Positions 28,820-39,420 of a stretch of DNA of 64,000 nucleotides are shown here, piece by piece. The stretch lies in the IMG/VR virus record IMGVR_UViG_3300045974_000399, positions 17,908-81,907 of that record. The stretch is one strand, 5' to 3'. The position numbers were made by a program, and so were the translations under genes. Within the stretch, counting starts at the first letter, position 1; each line of letters opens with the position of its first letter. Origin of the DNA: a virus. The notes beneath the pieces are model-generated. The model ran no database searches and was not told the DNA's origin. It worked only from the letters and a program-made list of their open reading frames with translations.

Positions 28820-31800
28820 TCACCATGACCTTAGTAAATAAACATACGCCATGTAAAAATCTTTGTTCGCGTCACTTCTACTGAAATAGATACGACCAAG
28901 GAGTTCATCAAATATAACCACATTCGTCTGTAAAGTATTAGAGTATATATCCGTGATGCTAACAGCTGACGCAGGGGACAGTATCGAAAACTTATCCCCG
29001 ACACTGGGTGTAGACGAGAATGGGTCGCAGGTGAATAGCTTAAGAGTGCTATCGTAAGCAATTATCTTTCGTGTCTCACCATTCCACTTAAGGTAATTGC
29101 CTAGGTAGAAATTATACCCTTTTGCTACCTCTGTAGAGTCAGTTATAATTGATCCGGAGTCTATAACAGCTGATATGTTCTGATTCAACAGATAGTCGGT
29201 TAAGTATGCGTGATACCCTGTTGACTTATCTAAGAAATAAAATTCAGAGTCACCACCAAAATCAGCACGAAGCCACTTGTCCATGTGTAATGCTCTAGCT
29301 TCTATAGTGGTATAGGGTATCCAACTTACTGTTCCTGAGTTTATCTTGAAATTATTAAACCGTGTAGCAGTAGATGGAGTAGAACAATATATATTTACCC
29401 TCATGTCATTCCATACTTGCATCGTAGTTATACTAAATGATACCCAAGCTGAACTGGTGCTATTCCAGTAGTAACCTGTGAATATATTGGATGACCTAGC
29501 TAGTCTGAACTTGGTTGTTGTATCCGCAGTAACTACCTGAGTACCTACCTGAGATCCAGAAGCTAACCACTGATAAAAGGTAAACCGATGATTCTGTAGA
29601 AATACCCCAATAGCATATCCCGTCTTGACGTCTACAACCCTTAGACCAGACCAGTTAGTGGTTCCATCATTAGAAATGCTAGGAACGTCTATCTGAATAT
29701 CGAAGTCACCTTCCAAGCTATACACACTAGTACAAGACGCGGTCTGCCCTGCAGTAAACTGGAGAGCTCCGGCAGTTAGCAGTGGGGCAGTACCTGAAGT
29801 TGTCCATCTTGAGGTATTCGGCACTTGACCTGTACTGTCAGTAAAGTACTCATCCCCAGGTTCTACGTTCTGTGTTGACTGCGTCACAAGATCATAGGTT
29901 TCAAACATCTGACGGGCATCCGCAAAGTAACTGACAAGTCTAACCCCTGTTAGGTATTGCTGGTTGTCTTTTATGAAACCATTCTTAACCGCGCCAAACT
30001 CATACCGGTCGGTATTGGCAAACGTTAGATTTTCATTCAGTGGGTTGGGCTGACAGCGTATCTGGATCTCATCAAACATATCCTGCCAATCAGCATGAAC
30101 AGGTCGGCCACGCATTGTAAGCATGTTGGAAGTCCAGTCTACTCTAACCCACTTTTCGTAAACGGTATCCCAAGAGTATCTAGAGTAGTCCATCTCGTGG
30201 TGACTGTTAGGGTACCCCTTCCAATCGTTGTAACTATTACCGGACCACCACGTGCCATGACCAAAAGCGATGATATGCTTCTTATTGATTACCCCTGTAG
30301 CCATCCGAGCACCCTCATTGTATGAAGATAAAGGCAGTGGGTACTGCTGACAAGCCCATGTAACCAGGGTAGGCTCATACACATATATTCTATCCACTTT
30401 TATGCTATCATTATTACTTCCCTGATACTCATCATATGCGGTGGTTGTGCTGTTGTCGAATAGGAAAGCTGAGGTAAAGGTTTGGTCAGGGTTATCATGA
30501 AAGTACCCACACCGAGTTGAAGTATTGTTTACATGTGGCCGTTGACTGAGAATGGTAAAGTCGGCAGGGTCAATTGTAACCATCTTGGTCTGACCAATAA
30601 CGTGTAGATAGTTGTCTATTGTCCGTATAACTGAACCTGCTCGGCTAACACGCCTGCAGTCATTTACTACCTTGGTGGTAAGATTTATGTAGTTTACTCG
30701 TTTGTCTACCTCACCAATGTTTACCCGATAGTCTAATACTTTGAACTCGTATCCTTTTTCGTGAGATTGATCTTTCAAGAAAGCAGCAATTCCCACATAT
30801 AGGTCACCCGCTATAGTCTGAGTGCTGGTACCAATATTTGTCCAAGTACAATCACCATCAGGAACATATAACTCATCCAGACTGTAAAAAGCTTGTACCA
30901 CGTTCGCCGAATCTCGGGTAAGCTTGAGATGTATAACTTGGAGCGTGTTAGAAGTCCTGACCGAAGGGTCCTCATAGTGAAGCTCTATACTTGATAAGCA
31001 TCCAGGATAACTCCCAGGATTATGATAGAAAGAGTCATACGCAGATAGACGATAGTAAGAATATGCGTCCACGTTGTTGAAATATCTGTAATTCGTGAAT
31101 CCTGCTGTAGTAGGCTCCCACTCTTGCGAAGCAACAGAATCCAGGGTTACCCAGGTTGTTCCATCCATACTACCTGACAAGGTCCAGGAATACAGCTGAT
31201 AGCTACCTGACCTATCAGTAGGGTTAACCAAAGCGTACTTGTTTATTACCGTAGGAGCGTTAAATTTCCACTGTGTATACCCACCTGTGCTGTTAACCTG
31301 CCAGTAGTCGTTATTAGACGTCCAGGCGTTTGCAGGACCAGACAGATTACCTGAGTTATAGGCACCATTAGCTGTGATGGCTAAATTCGAGGTATTAACA
31401 AGGCCGCTCTTAACTACCGCTGTAGCATCGGTAGTTGATACTCCAGATACGGTAGACAATGCCTCTGCCACCATCTGGGTGCCTACCCTGTTCATAAGCA
31501 CGGATTTATGCGTGTAGTTATTATTGGTGGGCGTAGGTATCGCTACTAAGCCAATACGCTGGTTTAGGTGCCGGGCATCGTACTTTAAGGCCATTGTAAC
31601 TTCAAAGGGGCCTGAGCGAAGACGCTGCGCCAAGAAGGTAGGGTGAAAGACAGTTCCTCCTATATTTCCACCGTTAGGCTGAATATATAGACTACTATCA
31701 GCCATACGAAAGAATCCACACCGATGCTGTATCAAAGACCAGTTATTTACTGTATAGGCGTTGAAGTTGGCAATACCGTTGAACTGACTTCGGTCTTGAA

Positions 31801-33463
31801 TGCCAATGCGCTCCATAATTATCATGGAGCTATCTTGACACAGAACAATTTCGTCAGTATCAGCCAAATAATTTCCCCAGCTATAATACTTGCAGAGACC
31901 ATCAGACCGCTCTACTACACCTGAAGAGAAAAGCCATAAGTCAGGGGAATGTATCCAGCTTGGCGTAAATATATAGGAAACTAGGTCAAGAATTGAAACC
32001 AAGCACTCATTTCTATGCCAGATGAGCATTGTCTTATTGTCAAGTATGATAGCGTGATGCGCTACATAAGGTGCAGTAGCAACCTTAGTCTCAACTAGAG
32101 TGGCAACGGTACCATCACCTGAAACATAACTGTAGATGTCTCTTTGATTATTTCTAGCATCAATGGCAAAGAACCTGTCGAAATAATCAACTACGGTATC
32201 ATACACAATATACAAGGCTTTTCTTGACCCTGGAAGGGCAATGTTACCACCACCTGTATCTAGGTTTTCAAGACAAGTGAATAGTCTTTCATCCCAGTTA
32301 TATCGAGTGGAAAAAACTACCCAGTCTCTAGATCCGAATTTTCCAAACAAAGTCTCTGCATGGACAACGTTTGACCAATCGGTATCATAGTAATGATGAG
32401 CGGGTCTTAAAATCCAGTCCTCTTTCTGAACCCAGTACAAAGCGGTGCTCATCCCAGCTATGTCATAGAGGTTTTCACCTGCGTCAATATATAGTGAGAA
32501 CTTGGCCCTGTTCATATCCAAAGGGGTAAAGGGATAATTCTTAGCCCTAACTTGAAATGCTTTCATGTACCCTACAGTAGGATTATTCAGGTCATAAAAG
32601 TCAATGGGGTTAGTCGCGGTTCCATCCGTTAGTCTCCAGCGTTTACCCCATACCCTACCAAGAGTGCTAAAAGGGAAGTACTTAATCGGTCCGAAGTAGT
32701 CAAAGGAAATAGACTTCCAGCCCCAGCCAACCCAGCTACCTAGGTTGTCCTTGCTACCAAGGCCAATAATTCCAGTGTCATATCTGAGATGTGTCCAGTC
32801 GAAAGACAGATCTCCAACGTTACCTACGGTGGATCCATACCACTGCCACTCTAGAGTAGTATTAGCAGACTCATCTGGCATTATATCATTTGAGAGGATT
32901 GAATCAAAAAGACGATATGAACTATACCTACTACCATCTCGGAACAACTGCCAATAAAGCATCCAGTTAACCGTGGTGCCATAGCCATAGTTCTGACGAG
33001 AAGTGGTTACATAGATATAGTAGAATACGGTTAGGGTTGTTTTGTCATCTTGAACTAAAGGAGTGGTAAGAACAGTGTAACAATACGCGGAAGTACCAGA
33101 ACCGCTGGTAGCTATACCAATTGTATTTACCGTTCTAACGGTACCTACCGCAGGGGCTAGAAAGGTAGTCTGAAACTTCCAGCGCTTATATGAATCCTCA
33201 CGAGATGGCCAAAGCGCATTGGCTATAACCACGTTAGGTATAACTGTGTCGGTGTACTTTGGTAAAACAGTATTTGTGCTAAGGCATACATAAGGTATAG
33301 CATTACCATTACGCATTGAGTTACCCAATCTACGGGTTCCCTCATCTAGCCAGAGGTTAGGCTGGGTGTGGTCAAATATGGTTTCACCATCACGCGTCGC
33401 TACCACCCTGACGATACCCTTGGCAGAAAAACCAGCCATACTAAATAATACTTTTGGATCCAT
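28820..33463 (-). CDS. Large fibre/spike-like virion protein with discoidin (F5/8C)-like and lectin-like domains
   Basis: 1547 aa; SWTLSGSMDGTTWVTLD and F.N..AYSYYRL (discoidin); GDFDIQID...FRLARS (ConA/LamG-like). Confidence 0.7.
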   Translation of the reverse strand: MDPKVLFSMAGFSAKGIVRVVATRDGETIFDHTQPNLWLDEGTRRLGNSMRNGNAIPYVCLSTNTVLPKYTDTVIPNVVIANALWPSREDSYKRWKFQTTFLAPAVGTVRTVNTIGIATSGSGTSAYCYTVLTTPLVQDDKTTLTVFYYIYVTTSRQNYGYGTTVNWMLYWQLFRDGSRYSSYRLFDSILSNDIMPDESANTTLEWQWYGSTVGNVGDLSFDWTHLRYDTGIIGLGSKDNLGSWVGWGWKSISFDYFGPIKYFPFSTLGRVWGKRWRLTDGTATNPIDFYDLNNPTVGYMKAFQVRAKNYPFTPLDMNRAKFSLYIDAGENLYDIAGMSTALYWVQKEDWILRPAHHYYDTDWSNVVHAETLFGKFGSRDWVVFSTRYNWDERLFTCLENLDTGGGNIALPGSRKALYIVYDTVVDYFDRFFAIDARNNQRDIYSYVSGDGTVATLVETKVATAPYVAHHAIILDNKTMLIWHRNECLVSILDLVSYIFTPSWIHSPDLWLFSSGVVERSDGLCKYYSWGNYLADTDEIVLCQDSSMIIMERIGIQDRSQFNGIANFNAYTVNNWSLIQHRCGFFRMADSSLYIQPNGGNIGGTVFHPTFLAQRLRSGPFEVTMALKYDARHLNQRIGLVAIPTPTNNNYTHKSVLMNRVGTQMVAEALSTVSGVSTTDATAVVKSGLVNTSNLAITANGAYNSGNLSGPANAWTSNNDYWQVNSTGGYTQWKFNAPTVINKYALVNPTDRSGSYQLYSWTLSGSMDGTTWVTLDSVASQEWEPTTAGFTNYRYFNNVDAYSYYRLSAYDSFYHNPGSYPGCLSSIELHYEDPSVRTSNTLQVIHLKLTRDSANVVQAFYSLDELYVPDGDCTWTNIGTSTQTIAGDLYVGIAAFLKDQSHEKGYEFKVLDYRVNIGEVDKRVNYINLTTKVVNDCRRVSRAGSVIRTIDNYLHVIGQTKMVTIDPADFTILSQRPHVNNTSTRCGYFHDNPDQTFTSAFLFDNSTTTAYDEYQGSNNDSIKVDRIYVYEPTLVTWACQQYPLPLSSYNEGARMATGVINKKHIIAFGHGTWWSGNSYNDWKGYPNSHHEMDYSRYSWDTVYEKWVRVDWTSNMLTMRGRPVHADWQDMFDEIQIRCQPNPLNENLTFANTDRYEFGAVKNGFIKDNQQYLTGVRLVSYFADARQMFETYDLVTQSTQNVEPGDEYFTDSTGQVPNTSRWTTSGTAPLLTAGALQFTAGQTASCTSVYSLEGDFDIQIDVPSISNDGTTNWSGLRVVDVKTGYAIGVFLQNHRFTFYQWLASGSQVGTQVVTADTTTKFRLARSSNIFTGYYWNSTSSAWVSFSITTMQVWNDMRVNIYCSTPSTATRFNNFKINSGTVSWIPYTTIEARALHMDKWLRADFGGDSEFYFLDKSTGYHAYLTDYLLNQNISAVIDSGSIITDSTEVAKGYNFYLGNYLKWNGETRKIIAYDSTLKLFTCDPFSSTPSVGDKFSILSPASAVSITDIYSNTLQTNVVIFDELLGRIYFSRSDANKDFYMAYVYLLRSW

Positions 33464-33475
33464 GTCATGCTCCCT

Positions 33476-34405
33476 TTATACGATAACTTTAGCTTCCATA
33501 CTGTATATCGTTAGCCGTCTAGCGGAGTAGCCTGCAACAGCCACCGCGTTAATATTTTCAACTACTGTTTCTATTATGCACTCATAGTTTGCTACCGGTC
33601 TAACTTTACTTACGATTGATCTTGGATGTGCCTCAAGAAAATTAGCTGTATCAGTAATAAAGAACTGAATAGGTTCACTGCTTAACCTAACTAGCTTTCT
33701 ATTAGTGTAACCGGCTAAAAACGCATCCAGAGTGTCCTCAACTGAAACCAGAAATGGAGTATTGATTTCTTCTTTTCGGCTCTCAGTTGTTATCTCAAGT
33801 ATTGTATAGACCGTAGTAAAAGAGTACTTGGCATAGGCTTTAACTCGCCAGTCTAACCAAGTATTCGTTGTTTCGCCAATCAATACGTCCTCTTCATAAA
33901 CCTTATACCAAACTTTAACCCCATTATACTGTGGGGCAGCTGTCCAATAAAGACGATACCCCTCAGCAACAGGATTAACTGGTTTTGGCTGAAAGTCAGG
34001 CCAGTCATCGGTAACACTTCTATACTGTAGCCCCTTATACATCAGTCTGCTGGGCTCTATATAGACCGTAACACCCTTAAAGCGTGGATCAATAGCATCC
34101 CACAATTGCAGTGGAGAAACAGGAAGTCCAAGCTCACCTGGTAGCATTTCTAAGCGCTGTATCTTAGCACCATTCTCGAAGTACAAGTATGCCTGAGGAT
34201 TCTCATATGAAAGAGTAGGATGCTGGCCCTGGATTACCTTATACGGAGTACTCCAAGACCCATCATCAGTTGTCTTGATTATATAAATGTCTAAACCTAT
34301 TGTGAATACTGCCCAGATTTTACCGTCAACAGTGGCAATATCACAAACATTTATTAGCTCAAGCATCTGCAGCATGTCATTATATGGCTGGCAGCATATC
34401 AGCAT
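33476..34405 (-). CDS. Virion protein, possible FN3-like segment
   Basis: LYWTA...V.WYKVY pattern; in fibre block. Confidence 0.4.
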   Translation of the reverse strand: MLICCQPYNDMLQMLELINVCDIATVDGKIWAVFTIGLDIYIIKTTDDGSWSTPYKVIQGQHPTLSYENPQAYLYFENGAKIQRLEMLPGELGLPVSPLQLWDAIDPRFKGVTVYIEPSRLMYKGLQYRSVTDDWPDFQPKPVNPVAEGYRLYWTAAPQYNGVKVWYKVYEEDVLIGETTNTWLDWRVKAYAKYSFTTVYTILEITTESRKEEINTPFLVSVEDTLDAFLAGYTNRKLVRLSSEPIQFFITDTANFLEAHPRSIVSKVRPVANYECIIETVVENINAVAVAGYSARRLTIYSMEAKVIV

Positions 34406-34417
34406 ATTGGTATCCTC

Positions 34418-35836
34418 CTATATTAAGGACCCCAGAATGTACCAGCTTACACCTTGCAAAGATTCATCCTCTGTACTTTGTGTAGTAAATATCAGAGTTT
34501 CTCCAGGAGCAAAGTACATCGGCTGCTGAGTCAAGGATATAAATGCCCCATCTCTGCTGTCCTTTACAAAACGAATAGCACCTATCATGATACCTGACTT
34601 TACTATAGATATATCAAAACGGTTACTAGTAGGTGCAACCGCAGCAAGAGCCTGACTACCCAAGAAACCAGAAGGTATTACCAGAGGCCTGCCTGCTAAA
34701 AATATGCTTACCACAGTGTTACCTGGGACAAAACTAGGAATACTCCCTACTATATCATACATGCCTGAATCAACTATCCAACAAGCATCAGATAGAAATA
34801 AAGATGGAGTTATCAGGACATAGGTAATCTGAGTTTCCACTATAAAAACTTTAAGTCCCTGCACTTGTTGATTTGTTGTTATCCTATCCCTGTCAGCTTT
34901 TGTTGGAACAGTTATGTAGGGCCTAGGCATCCAGATTAGTTGCCTGCCTGCGGTGTCAACGGTTGGTATACTCCCGTTGTAGCCATCGTAGGTATCTGGT
35001 GTATCTGTAAGCCGTAAGAATGTAGTATTATTTATATTGAATTGATTTGTAGGGTCAAGTAGCTCTGGGAATAATTCTTTTGGGTTGCGCTGCGGAGCCT
35101 CTGACCAAATAGCTAGCCGAACGTTACCTGCTAATACGGATACCCAGTTAAGTATAAAACCCCTGAACCCAAGTTGAATTCTTAAATACCAGTCAAGCTC
35201 ATCCATTCGTGCAGCTATAATTGCGCTACCCCAAGGGTCAGTTATACTATTTCTTCCATAAACAGAACAAAGGTCCCCCTCCCTGATGATTTTTTTCATC
35301 GTGGTGGCGGGACCCTTCAGTTCATGCTTAACTCCCCACTTGTCAATTAGACCAACCTGCTCATAACCTGTCCATAGCCTGAACTGGTTAGAAGCTCTAT
35401 AGCTGGGAGTATCTGGGTTAAATCCGAGGTAACCTGTATTCATATCAACAGGCATAACCTCATATTGGAACTCAAAGTCACCTGATAGCACCCATGTGCT
35501 TTCAAGCCAGTTATCAGTATGGTTCTGGTCTACTCGTAGATATCCACCTGCTGTATAGTAAGCACCTGAGTAGAACCCTGTTTGTCCGTACTCAGGTAAC
35601 TTAAGCCAGCGTGTAGGATCAGGGTAGGGTTCCACAGTAAAGTCATCGTCTGCGTACAAGAAGTGAACCTTAACTTCTCTGTAGTAGGGAACAACAACTA
35701 TGTAGCCTTTTGTCCAGGCTTGTTCAATGTCATTTGTGAGAATATCTAGGTATACGGACTCCCCGGCATTAAGTGTAATATCATTGACGACTACCCCACC
35801 ATTCCCGGCAAAGGCCGTTGCTATAACCTTAAACAT
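34418..35836 (-). CDS. Fibre-like virion protein
   Basis: FL.LTDTP..Y and G..VF..E....Y.L fibre motifs; N-terminus similar to 46059..46844. Confidence 0.55.
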   Translation of the reverse strand: MFKVIATAFAGNGGVVVNDITLNAGESVYLDILTNDIEQAWTKGYIVVVPYYREVKVHFLYADDDFTVEPYPDPTRWLKLPEYGQTGFYSGAYYTAGGYLRVDQNHTDNWLESTWVLSGDFEFQYEVMPVDMNTGYLGFNPDTPSYRASNQFRLWTGYEQVGLIDKWGVKHELKGPATTMKKIIREGDLCSVYGRNSITDPWGSAIIAARMDELDWYLRIQLGFRGFILNWVSVLAGNVRLAIWSEAPQRNPKELFPELLDPTNQFNINNTTFLRLTDTPDTYDGYNGSIPTVDTAGRQLIWMPRPYITVPTKADRDRITTNQQVQGLKVFIVETQITYVLITPSLFLSDACWIVDSGMYDIVGSIPSFVPGNTVVSIFLAGRPLVIPSGFLGSQALAAVAPTSNRFDISIVKSGIMIGAIRFVKDSRDGAFISLTQQPMYFAPGETLIFTTQSTEDESLQGVSWYILGSLI

Positions 35837-35866
35837 AGTGGCTCCTGCCTAAACGGTAATAGTTGC

Positions 35867-36604
35867 TTAAGTAGCCATCGACATTACCCTGTCCGAAACA
35901 GCGTAGATAAACGCAGGTGAGCCTACTGAGCTTGTCTCGAATGGAACAATCTTGTAGATACGTCTGTATACCAGTTCACCAGAAGTATCCCGATACAGCG
36001 TTTCCTTTGGACCGGTGTGCCGGCAACGCCCACGTTCCGCTCCACACTTGGAACAGGTATAACCTTCAAAGTAGGCACCCATTGAGTAACAATTTCTTTC
36101 CCCACTGAGTATCTGGTTTGCCAGCACAGGGTCTTTACTTCGGTCAAAGGACAGTAGTTCTACTACCTTAGCGAAGCCCTGACCCCAGCCTCGCAGCGGG
36201 GTAACGAAAGCATCCAGAATTACGCCTTTGGCCTGAGTCATATCTTGATTAGCGTGCTCGCTGTATGTTGGCTTACCTTTGAACCCCTTGTACGCCAGCT
36301 GTCCCATTTCGGGGTCGAAGCGAAGTAATTCATCCTTGGGAAAGGCAACACCATTGGTATTAGGCATATCGGACACAATTGTAGGCACTGGAACCATTAT
36401 GTAATCACGAAGATCCTTAGACAGATTATAGCACTCCGCAGCCGCAGGTAGCCAGAAATCGGCATCAAGTCGTGCTCCATTTACTCCTGTCATGTCAGAA
36501 GACAGAGCGGCGTTACGAGTAGTTTCTTTATACAGTTCCAGTGGCGCACTCCCACGAGAAGCACAGCTATACGTCACCATTTTTCCATCTTTAAAGAGTT
36601 CCAT
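35867..36604 (-). CDS. Prohead maturation protease
   Basis: N.NG..F...EL, EH, SMG, CxxC insert, FETSSV..PA; directly after portal. Confidence 0.75.
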   Translation of the reverse strand: MELFKDGKMVTYSCASRGSAPLELYKETTRNAALSSDMTGVNGARLDADFWLPAAAECYNLSKDLRDYIMVPVPTIVSDMPNTNGVAFPKDELLRFDPEMGQLAYKGFKGKPTYSEHANQDMTQAKGVILDAFVTPLRGWGQGFAKVVELLSFDRSKDPVLANQILSGERNCYSMGAYFEGYTCSKCGAERGRCRHTGPKETLYRDTSGELVYRRIYKIVPFETSSVGSPAFIYAVSDRVMSMAT

Positions 36605-36628
36605 CTCAGCCTCCACCTGTTTGATATG

Positions 36629-36769
36629 TTAGAATACCTTTGGTGCTGGTGTTATTTTTAGCTTTTTCCTACCCACCTTGGTTTTAGCATACTGCATCAA
36701 AATGGATGGCTTCTTTTTCTTACCTGTACGTGTCAGTCTTCGCTTTTTCATCAGCATAGAGCGCTTCAT
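36629..36769 (-). CDS. Unannotated 46-aa highly basic peptide
   Basis: GGAGG RBS; MKRSMLMKKRRLTRTGKKKKPSILMQYAKTKVGRKKLKITPAPKVF*; fills portal-protease gap. Confidence 0.65.
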   Translation of the reverse strand: MKRSMLMKKRRLTRTGKKKKPSILMQYAKTKVGRKKLKITPAPKVF

Positions 36770-36787
36770 GGCTTATAACCTCCAGAA

Positions 36788-38647
36788 TTATCTTTTACTT
36801 TCGTGCTTAGCACGAGCAGCTTCATCCTTGTGTAATTTTTCTGCAGCTTTGGCAATCAAGCGGTTCATCTTTGCATGAGCTCCTTTTTGGTTAGATATAT
36901 ACTTCGGCTTACCTGATTTAGTTTCACCGATTATATCGGAAGCTACTCCGTACTCTCTACCCAGAAGACCCTTTGATGCCTTACCTTTACTTTCCAGAAG
37001 CTTTCGATGCGTGGCTGAGATGTAGGGATTGTCCGAGCTAACGTGACCCAGGGTAGTGAACAGCTCATGAAGATCAGATGCCTCCTCAGAGTCGTCTTCA
37101 CTTTCAGGTGCGCCACCCCCGCCTTCAAGGCGTTTCTTTTGCTCAGATATCATCTTTCGTACCTTGAAGTCATCGTCCATCTCTTGGATTAGAGCATCAA
37201 GGGATAACCCGCCTGCCGCAGCCATAGTCCGCAGACTTACAGGTACACCTGCTTCGGTTAGGGTGTTTAGCATCTGAATATAATCTGTATCGCCCTCGGG
37301 CTTTAACTGTTTGTGCCAGTGAACCTGTGGTATAACCAGAGATGAGTTGTCCTGCAGTTCATAAAGAATTTCCTCTGGGTCCATACCCTTCTTTTTCCAT
37401 TTTCGGGCATCATCTGCATTCTTATAATACCCATTCACCACGGAAATCAAAGGGAATAATTTGTCATAAAATACCTTCCGAGTAAGCATGTCCCGATATG
37501 AGCGAAGACCTTCAATGAATACCGAAAGAGCTGCTTCAGCCGAGTTATAGTTAGCGTCTCCAGACAAGAATGACTCGCTTATGCCTAACGCTCTAAGCTT
37601 AGCAGGAACTGTCTCAGACCAAACACTAGTGATATTCCAGAAGTCTCCACCCTGCCTAATGTCAGCCACGTTAATATCCGACCGAGTCGCAACAATCGCC
37701 CCAATTGGATCAGCGTCAGCATTCATAAACAGTTCGGTTAAGTACTCCAAGTCCATGAGAGTAGGTTCCCAGTCCATGCCGTTTCCCGCTGTGATATGCA
37801 GGATGGCACGCTGCCGCTTAGCACTCTCAATAAGCGTACCCTTGAACAGATTTTTCTCCAGAAGGTATATCGGTAGGATACGTTTGTAGTAGGATATGCC
37901 TTCTCGGTTAGAAAGTGCTTTCCGGGGAACATACAGGGTTGTGAGGTTATCCAGTTCAAAAGATCCACCCTGCAACTTCTTGATGATGTCCTCTCCTAGA
38001 CGTTTCTTTATTCGCTCAATTCTTTTTGACTTACTGTTCAGTACATCAAGGGTTTCTCGAGCTACGGTCACGTTAATGATTGGGTCCTGTCCATAGAATG
38101 GCAACGGACTTATCTTACAGTGGTCAATGTCTTGCGGGATTATGTCGGTGAATATTCCCTTCTGTTTATTGAAAACCAGGGTACCAATAAAAGTCCCTAG
38201 AACAAGGTAGTCGATACTCATCTCTGGAAGAAGACGGAATATGTTTATCCTATCCAAAGACTCATAAAATTTACCCAGAAGCTGGTTCTGATCTTTGGAT
38301 ACACCACCCAGTGTAATATCTGAGAAGGGTAAGGTAGACATCAAGTCTGCTGCCGCTCCCGCCACGTTATCATAGTAGTATATATCTCGGTATAGATTAT
38401 TCAGCAAAGGGAAGTTTTCGTAGCCATCGGGAACAATACCCTTTAGCAGAGGGAACAGGTCTATATTCAACATGTTGTTACTTACAGAGGTGTTTCTCAA
38501 GGATGTGCTTTGCATTCCATCAAAAGCTGCCGAAGTTTCAATCATCCGGTCAGTTACTTTCTTAGAATCAGCCTTAGCTGCTACTGCTCGGGATGCAGTT
38601 CCTTGCAGCGTCCTTTCGTCCTGAATATGTCTACGAGAGCGAATCAT
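36788..38647 (-). CDS. Portal protein
   Basis: 619 aa between terminase and protease; YRDIY..D...G, G.S, ALGISE.FL.G...Y..A patterns. Confidence 0.8.
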   Translation of the reverse strand: MIRSRRHIQDERTLQGTASRAVAAKADSKKVTDRMIETSAAFDGMQSTSLRNTSVSNNMLNIDLFPLLKGIVPDGYENFPLLNNLYRDIYYYDNVAGAAADLMSTLPFSDITLGGVSKDQNQLLGKFYESLDRINIFRLLPEMSIDYLVLGTFIGTLVFNKQKGIFTDIIPQDIDHCKISPLPFYGQDPIINVTVARETLDVLNSKSKRIERIKKRLGEDIIKKLQGGSFELDNLTTLYVPRKALSNREGISYYKRILPIYLLEKNLFKGTLIESAKRQRAILHITAGNGMDWEPTLMDLEYLTELFMNADADPIGAIVATRSDINVADIRQGGDFWNITSVWSETVPAKLRALGISESFLSGDANYNSAEAALSVFIEGLRSYRDMLTRKVFYDKLFPLISVVNGYYKNADDARKWKKKGMDPEEILYELQDNSSLVIPQVHWHKQLKPEGDTDYIQMLNTLTEAGVPVSLRTMAAAGGLSLDALIQEMDDDFKVRKMISEQKKRLEGGGGAPESEDDSEEASDLHELFTTLGHVSSDNPYISATHRKLLESKGKASKGLLGREYGVASDIIGETKSGKPKYISNQKGAHAKMNRLIAKAAEKLHKDEAARAKHESKR

Positions 38648-38711
38648 TTTGTCTCCACCTCTTTTATCGAATTAGGGCCTACCTAAAATTACGAAATTCC
38701 GGTATTATTCC

Positions 38712-38930
38712 CTAATTGTGTACTGGGTATGCTACGCGACAGGGGACACAGTAATTAACCTTCTGATGCCCACTAGCCTTGCCTAGTCTTGCATGTTCCA
38801 TGTTACTGTTGCACTTGGGACAAATTCCTTCTGTCTCCAAGGTAAGCGCACCGGCCACGGTAACATCACCGCGCGCAACTTCTAGAGTTTTGAGTGGATT
38901 TGGTATCTCATCCAGACGATTTCGTAGCAT
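38712..38930 (-). CDS. Small zinc-ribbon protein
   Basis: CPKC...CVPC. Confidence 0.55.
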   Translation of the reverse strand: MLRNRLDEIPNPLKTLEVARGDVTVAGALTLETEGICPKCNSNMEHARLGKASGHQKVNYCVPCRVAYPVHN

Positions 38931-39420
38931 TGGCTATCTCCTTGTGTATGTAGATTCTTCTTCTTCTAGTATTTCTTTTTGAATATGTAGCCGCGCGCCA
39001 GGCAAGTCTGCATATCATTTTATACTTGAATGACTTCTTCATTTTTCTTTTCTTGGCGTTTAAGACCGTCCTAAGAAATCCTGTGCGGTTGCATAGGAGT
39101 AGTACGCCAATACCAAGCCTTCTGAGCTCCGGGTAGCAAGGTACAATCCAATCAGTATCATGAACACAGAAATATAACTGGTGAGAATAGGGTAAGTAGC
39201 TCTCATATTTATGATCCGATTTGAAGTCTGCTCGGCCAGATTTAACTTCTATTGCTATGGTTTTACCTCTAAGATTTATACCATATACATCAATACGCTT
39301 TTTATGCCACGTACTCTCCGCAATGCCAATTTCAGTGAATACTCCAAAGCCCCGCTTAGACAGGTGCATGGCTGCGGCAGTTGTAAGCGCCTTCGTAATA
39401 TGTTTCCTATCTGTTGACAT
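38908..39420 (-). CDS. MmcB-like PD-(D/E)xK endonuclease
   Basis: RIDV.......IEVKS.RADF..D.K...YL.Y...LYF. Confidence 0.8.
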   Translation of the reverse strand: MSTDRKHITKALTTAAAMHLSKRGFGVFTEIGIAESTWHKKRIDVYGINLRGKTIAIEVKSGRADFKSDHKYESYLPYSHQLYFCVHDTDWIVPCYPELRRLGIGVLLLCNRTGFLRTVLNAKKRKMKKSFKYKMICRLAWRAATYSKRNTRRRRIYIHKEIANATKSSG

